Positions 57,861 to 64,000 of a stretch of DNA of 64,000 bases are shown one piece after another. This stretch comes from Balanoglossus misakiensis (Eukaryota > Animalia > Hemichordata), in contig CM082578.2 of the NCBI GenBank assembly GCA_040954595.2, positions 6,619,519 to 6,683,518 on the forward strand, written 5' to 3'. Under the pieces are notes generated by a model. That model ran no database searches. It worked only from the letters and a program-made list of their open reading frames with translations, and had not been told where the DNA came from. Within the stretch, counting starts at the first letter, position 1; the number at the start of each line of letters is the position of its first letter. The translations under genes were made by a program, and so were the position numbers.

Positions 57861-59433
57861 CTAGGTGATTCACTGCCATTGGTGATGCATACATATCAAC
57901 TCAGACTCGTCTCGAATTGTCATGTAATTTTGGAAATATTTGAAAAGTACTATGTAATAGAGTAGATATGCTGTCTTGAACATGGTGTTATTTTGTCCAT
58001 TATAAACAGTATTGGTAAATGTATAATAAGTACCATAATGCAAAGCGACCACTCATTACAATTTACACCAGTATGCTTTAACTGTTTTGGAAGATTGTGA
58101 ATTGTACCAAAGTCTGCACAATGAAGTTTTGATCATGAAATTAAGTAATCTCTGGGCACGGACTGCAAGTTTCTTAGATGTTGCAAATGAAATTCAGTGG
58201 TTGATGGAAATGATAGCAAAATCTGTCACCAAAAGTCGCCAATCAATCAATCTTAGTAGCTGTAACAATTCACAGCTAACAAGACTGGAACTAGTCGCTT
58301 TTTTTAAAGTTGTGAATAGTAAAAATGTATGTATCTGAAATAGTGAATCCAGTTCGATGAATGGACCACTTGAAATAAATGAATTCAAATACGGAATCAC
58401 TCAAAGGTAGCTTTGTAATTTTGCTGAAGTTTTGATTTACAGCCATGCAATACATTGTACTTGTAAACTGCAAGTTCTTTGATATTAAAAAAAAATCTAA
58501 GAGAAAAATGTCATTTGCTTTTCTTGGGAAGTGGTGGTGGTTGTGAGTGAAACATGGATGGTTTTGGCAGAATGTGAACTTGCTCTTTGGCTGGGATGGC
58601 CAAGGCTCATAAACAAACCACATTCGGGGGACTTTATGAAACTTTATTGTAAAAAATCACTGAATGTGCGAAAGTTTTAAATAAGAAAAGAAGTACAACT
58701 TGAGCCATTTGGCTTTTCTAAAATTCACGTAAAAACAAAACTGCAAAATAACAAATCAGAACAACTGGAGAGAGGAGTGAAAAAAGGTTAAACATGGACA
58801 AAAGAGCAAACGTATCATATAACCATATACACCATCTTCTCTAGGGTCAAGGATATAACCATAAACTAGGATGTTTCTTTTTGAGTTTTACGAAAGAAAT
58901 ATGGCAGCCGTCAGCTGGACTCTACTGATCCACTGAACTTGATTGGAGTTTACTGAAGCAAATACAAAAGCAATGTAAGATTTAGTATTTGTGTATCACA
59001 TGAAAATACTGGGCCACACTTAAGCTTCCGGTTGTGAAAACATAATAAGTTTTATGCGGAATATAGCCCTTCTCACACCCTCCCCTAAGTCCCTAACCCT
59101 AACTGGTTAAACCTATATTTCTGCCCACTGTAAAGTGCTTACAAGTTATAAAGCCTTGAAATGAAATTCAAACACCGAAGAAAAAAAAATACTGAAAACA
59201 ATGTGTTCATGTGGGTACATGCAGAAAACGCAGTGGGGAAACTGCTATCACAGTGCAATGTAGGTAAATCTAGGTGATTATTACTTCCAAGATCCTCACA
59301 GATATTCTCCTCAATGACTTTGATACCAAACTGCTCATTTTCTACCAGCTGACACCAAACAAAACATTCTGATTCAGCTGATATAAGCTGGCTCATGTGA
59401 AATACTTTGAAGGAGCATTGTTGAACTTTGAAC

Positions 59434-62400
59434 TCACATGTCATGTGACCTGGACAACCTGAGGGAATCCTGGAGCATGAGGTCGCGCAGCGTCCACAGA
59501 GCCTTGACTGTGTCGCCGCAGGGACCGGCACCATTGGCCAGCCAGTGCATTGGCAGCTTGGCCTTCTGTTGTTGAGATAATGGAATGTCTTGGCGTCTGA
59601 CGTTCAGGTTCCTGTCCCACTCGGTCACAGTCTTGGGGTTAGTCTTCAGACCTTCTATGTACCTGTGGTGAAGACAAGCCCACAACATTTGTTCAAGGGG
59701 GGGGGGGGGTTGCACCAGTAACGTACGTCAGTATAGTCCAAACTATGTCAACTGCGAAGACTTGTGTGTTAAACTGTCTATTCAAAACTACACCAACGTG
59801 AATGATTTCAAATCGGTTTGGGAAATCATCTATTTAATGTACGGACAAAATTTGTGATCTCTCATGTACAAATGTAGACCACAGGCTAGGAAAAGCACAC
59901 GAGTAGTGTACACAGATAATTACACCCGAAGTGATATTTAGTGTATCAGAGGGGGCTCACCTGAGGTAGGCTTCTGAATGCATCAGTCTCTGTGTCTTGG
60001 GGGGCACTGCAACAAACATTGGGGCGGGCGGCTGAGGGGGTACGGCTGGTATCTGGGGGTGCTGCTGAGCTTGCATGACATTGTTCTGCGGCATCGGAGA
60101 CTGGCTGACTGGATGGCCACCTGAGAAGAAGAAGACAAATTCACAGTCTGTGTTCAAAACACACATAGAAAGGCAAACATACACTATTGCCATGCTATGG
60201 CTTGGGGTTTTTACAACAAAACTTTCAATGTGAGTAACTTCTCAGACGGGTGCATTGCCGAGCATAACACAGGTGGATACTGTACAACACAAGCCATGCA
60301 ATCTGCCATGCCTCGGAGTGACAATACAACTGCACTATTTCCAATCACACTCCTGTTAATTTTCCGAACGCTACGATCAGAGGAAGGCTTGGTGTGGGCT
60401 GGGATAGTCTCTTGAGGGGATTTTGTGTTTAGGGAATGATGTCATAGTTAAACAGCTGTCACTATTATTTCTTGAGAACTGATAGAAAAATGCCCACTGA
60501 TCTCCCACTAGCACAAGATACAGCATTTGACAATTTACTGTATAACAAAAGCTATTTTCAACTCAGTAAATGGATTCTAAATTTTAATGAAAAGGCTTCC
60601 TTACCATGGGTCATATATAGAGTATTATTTAGAGTTACTGGCATCTCAAATTAGTTAAGTCACAAATCTAGTCAAATCATCTAGAACATGCATAGCTATA
60701 AAGGATATATCTTGCAGTTAGAGTGAAGTTTTTTATCAAGGCAATCAAAATACTACCCGCTTACAAACACTTTGCTGCTCATCAAACTAATTAATTTCAT
60801 TGTTTAAACTTTTATTTTGATGACCTCACTATGGGGATGAAATACTAGTATACACACACCTATGAATACATTTCCATGATAGATTCATGGAATCAGGGAG
60901 TGCCTCCACATTGCTATTAAAAACATTTCTTTTGGTTTTGTGGCAGCAGATTACAAATATACAACTATTTTTTTCTGAACAACCTATATAAGCTTTTCTT
61001 TCCCTGATGGCTGTATCCACACAATTTGAAATGTTGAAATGACATGTTCAAGATATCTCCATTGACCATATGTACAGCCAAATGAAAATTTTCTTGCCCA
61101 CGTTATTTTTGCTAGTGTACAGGCAACGATTTTCTACATCAATGATCAGATATTCACACAGCAACTTTTACTGTTTTAGGTATTACTTTATGCGACTAAC
61201 GCGATTAGATGAATAGGTTTGACTTATGCGACAGAGAAAACAGTGTGTGTGTTTATACACACTCTAGTATCTCCTTTTGTTGTTGGGGTTTAAGACGTAT
61301 TGTCCCCCAGTGTACCTTGGTCAAAGGCAGGACTAGCGGGTCCACTATGGGCACTGTGTGGACTGGGAGCCGGAGGTGGATGACCTCTGGGTGACATCAT
61401 TGCTGGGAGGTGCTGTGGTGGCACCATGCTTTGTGGCATCATGGCTTGGCCCATTCGAACTGGCATACCTGGAGAGGTGCAGTGAACAAGGCAAAAGGGG
61501 GAGACCACAGAAAAAAATAGATAGACAACGATCATCAGGCAAACAACAACAAAACAACAAAAGCAAGGGAGTGTTACATTACAAAAAAGGCGAGCATTGC
61601 CATCAACAAAAGTCAACACAAACACATGAGGTATGATAACTCAAGGAAGTTTACCGGTACCAGTCTTTGTATCATAGAGAGAGGGAGACAAACACTAATT
61701 TTTCACACGCGCAACACAAATGACAGTGCATGCAATAAAAATGATAACAGACCCACAAATCCTCATGCTTTATTACCAATACCGACATGCATGATGGTGA
61801 TTGCAATTCTCCAATGGGCATACTATACATCAGGGTCACATTGAAGGTACATATAGCATATCCCAACACATCTTGGGGGAAACATGAGGGTATAGTTACC
61901 TATCCACACAAACTGTTTTTAAGGTTTTATGCAAGTGTTGCACCCTGTCATGTAACTTGAAAATAAAACCTTGGTCCACACTCTTCCGGACCTACCTTGT
62001 GGAGCTGACTGGGGAGACATTCCGGGCGGCATCTGCATTCCCTGATTCCCCATGTGGTTCCCCATGGGCGACATCCCGTGCGTCATTCCCTGTGGCTGGG
62101 AATGGGGCGGCACTCCTTGCATTCCCTGCATGACCCCGCCCGCGGGCGACATTCCCTGGTGGCCGGCCATCATTCCGGGCATGGCGCCTTGCATCCCTGC
62201 GTGCATTCCGGGCTGCATTCCTCCCTGCATGCCCGGATGCATTCCACTCTGCATACCTGCGGGATGTGGATTAAAATCAGGAAATCACGTCCTCTGCAGA
62301 CAGCGGGCACTCATCATCCAGAACTCGCACATGAACGCACGCACGCGCACACACACACACACCCCAAGTTCAAATTCTATCTATACAACTACTTCATACT

Positions 62401-63311
62401 CTGCATCAAACATTTCAAAGTTCAAGACTCACACATCTTGTAATCTCAAACACAATCTGCCCATTTCGACAACATGAATTGCCTCCGTCATTATAACAAG
62501 ACTGCCTGATAATGTGCACCGAATGGGGGCAGAATGACTTTCTGCTCAGGGACAGATAAACTGTTGTAAATTCTTGACTTGAAATATGCAGGGTGTTGAA
62601 GTATCCTGGTACTTTTACCAACACTACAAGTGAACTGAAAGCAACACTGTCTCACACTGACGCACATATCTTTTCCAACCTAATTTCACAGAAAGTAGGG
62701 CTTTAAGTTCAGTTGTAGTACGAGCAAAGTAGCAGATGTCATACAGAAATGGATGACAGAGATCAACTTGCCCTGCATGCTGTTGTTGTTGTTGATAGCG
62801 GAAACATGCTGCTGAATCACCATACCTACAGGAGTTGGTGGACCTACAATACCCATCATGGCACCTGAACTGCTGCCTGGCGTCAGTGGACGTCCTCCGG
62901 GACCTGGAGATGCACTCTGCAGGCCACCACGGATTGCTTGCCGTGAAAAGAAGTTTCTGTGGGAAAAATGTGACAGATTATAGGTAGTGAGCTTGACAGA
63001 AAGGCGTTACTGAGACAGCCATGTTTAATACCCAGCTCAACACCCTTTCAAGAAATGAATGAAAACTGCTGGGTACAACTGCACATTTCCAGGAATGGGA
63101 AAGTGCAGTAGAAAATTCACACTTACATATGTGTCAGACACCCAACAGAATTCAACTGTGCCAGGTACAATACTATTGCACATTCAATGAAACTGACAGC
63201 TGAGGCGTGACCCCTTACCTGCTTCTCTGATTTGGATAGATATGCTTCGCAGCAACTCTCAAATGTACTTCTTTACAATGCCTTATCAGTCTTGCCATTT
63301 GAGGGAATGGT
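59434..63311 (-). CDS. PBRM1: Polybromo-1 (BAF180), 3' portion only; the gene continues beyond the window
   Basis: Exons (minus): 63311-63219, 62956-62826, 62256-61996, 61468-61316, 60120-59961, 59662-59434, with consistent phases. The C-terminus PMFVAVPPKTQRLMHSEAYLRYIEGL...W...LPMHWL...ALWTLRDLMLQD matches the conserved PBRM1 tail. Confidence 0.9.
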
Positions 63312-64000
63312 CTGGGTAAAAGAAAAATTGAAAGCGCAGTCATGTAATGTGTTTGCAGTTTATGCCACTGAATTTTCCCAATAGCACACTACAGATGTTC
63401 ACCAGTACACAGACACGAGAAATAAGCTGATACACATGATATTGAGATGGTAACTTATTGGAGTGACGCCCTCGCTAGGAAGGAGGGAGTCTATGTGCAG
63501 GTTTGTTTTCAGAAGGAGACCATCTTTGAGATGTACTGGATTTTGTTTGATGTAGCATGTTGTTTGCTCAATAAAAAGATAAGTGAAATAAAACACCATT
63601 TCATTACTCACTGATTGACTTTCCTGTTCCTGGGACAGCCACGCCACAAACATGGGTACTCTGGAGTCTCACCTGGATGCAAAGGAATAACAGAAATCAA
63701 AGTATGAAGCTGCAACAGTTTCACTACGGATGCAGGTGAAGGTATACAGTCACCTCTAATTTACATATGCCTATGTATGGTAAAATGGGCATGTCTAAGT
63801 GTTTGAATGACCATGTTGTGGTGGCACACTTTTTCGCCTTTGCCACCCACTGAAAATCTGTGATTGGTTATATTTTAACTTTCCATGGCAACAGTGGTTA
63901 AATTTGCATAGGTGACCGTGTACCTTTAATATACAGCAACAAATCATGTCCATAATCACTCGCATCACGAAAAATAACAAGAACAGTGTACTCACCCATC

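Overview
This is eukaryotic (metazoan) genomic DNA. It is AT-rich, intron-rich and MITE-rich, and looks like a marine invertebrate bilaterian; the taxon is an inference. I reconstructed six spliced genes by hand: Rab GDI (-, complete), RNF123/KPC1 (+, complete, 27 coding exons), GMPPB (-, complete), an ADP-ribosylglycohydrolase (ARH/DraG) family gene (+, complete), p38 MAPK (+, complete) and the 3' part of polybromo PBRM1 (-). Four points stand out. (1) There are two minor-spliceosome (U12) introns: AT-AC in RNF123 and GT-AG in p38. (2) The ARH gene has lost two family-conserved acidic residues (GDA>GNA, TDD>TGD). It sits between two ~850-bp direct repeats that copy the GMPPB 5' intron and donor, and an orphan promoter-like region lies beyond the second copy. 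(3) RNF123 and GMPPB are tail-to-tail neighbours, as in human 3p21. (4) There are many non-autonomous DNA transposons with readable TIRs and TSDs, including nested Helentron-type elements carrying arrays of AGGTCA repeats. I found no prokaryotic-type systems. Family assignments come from recognised motifs, not database searches.
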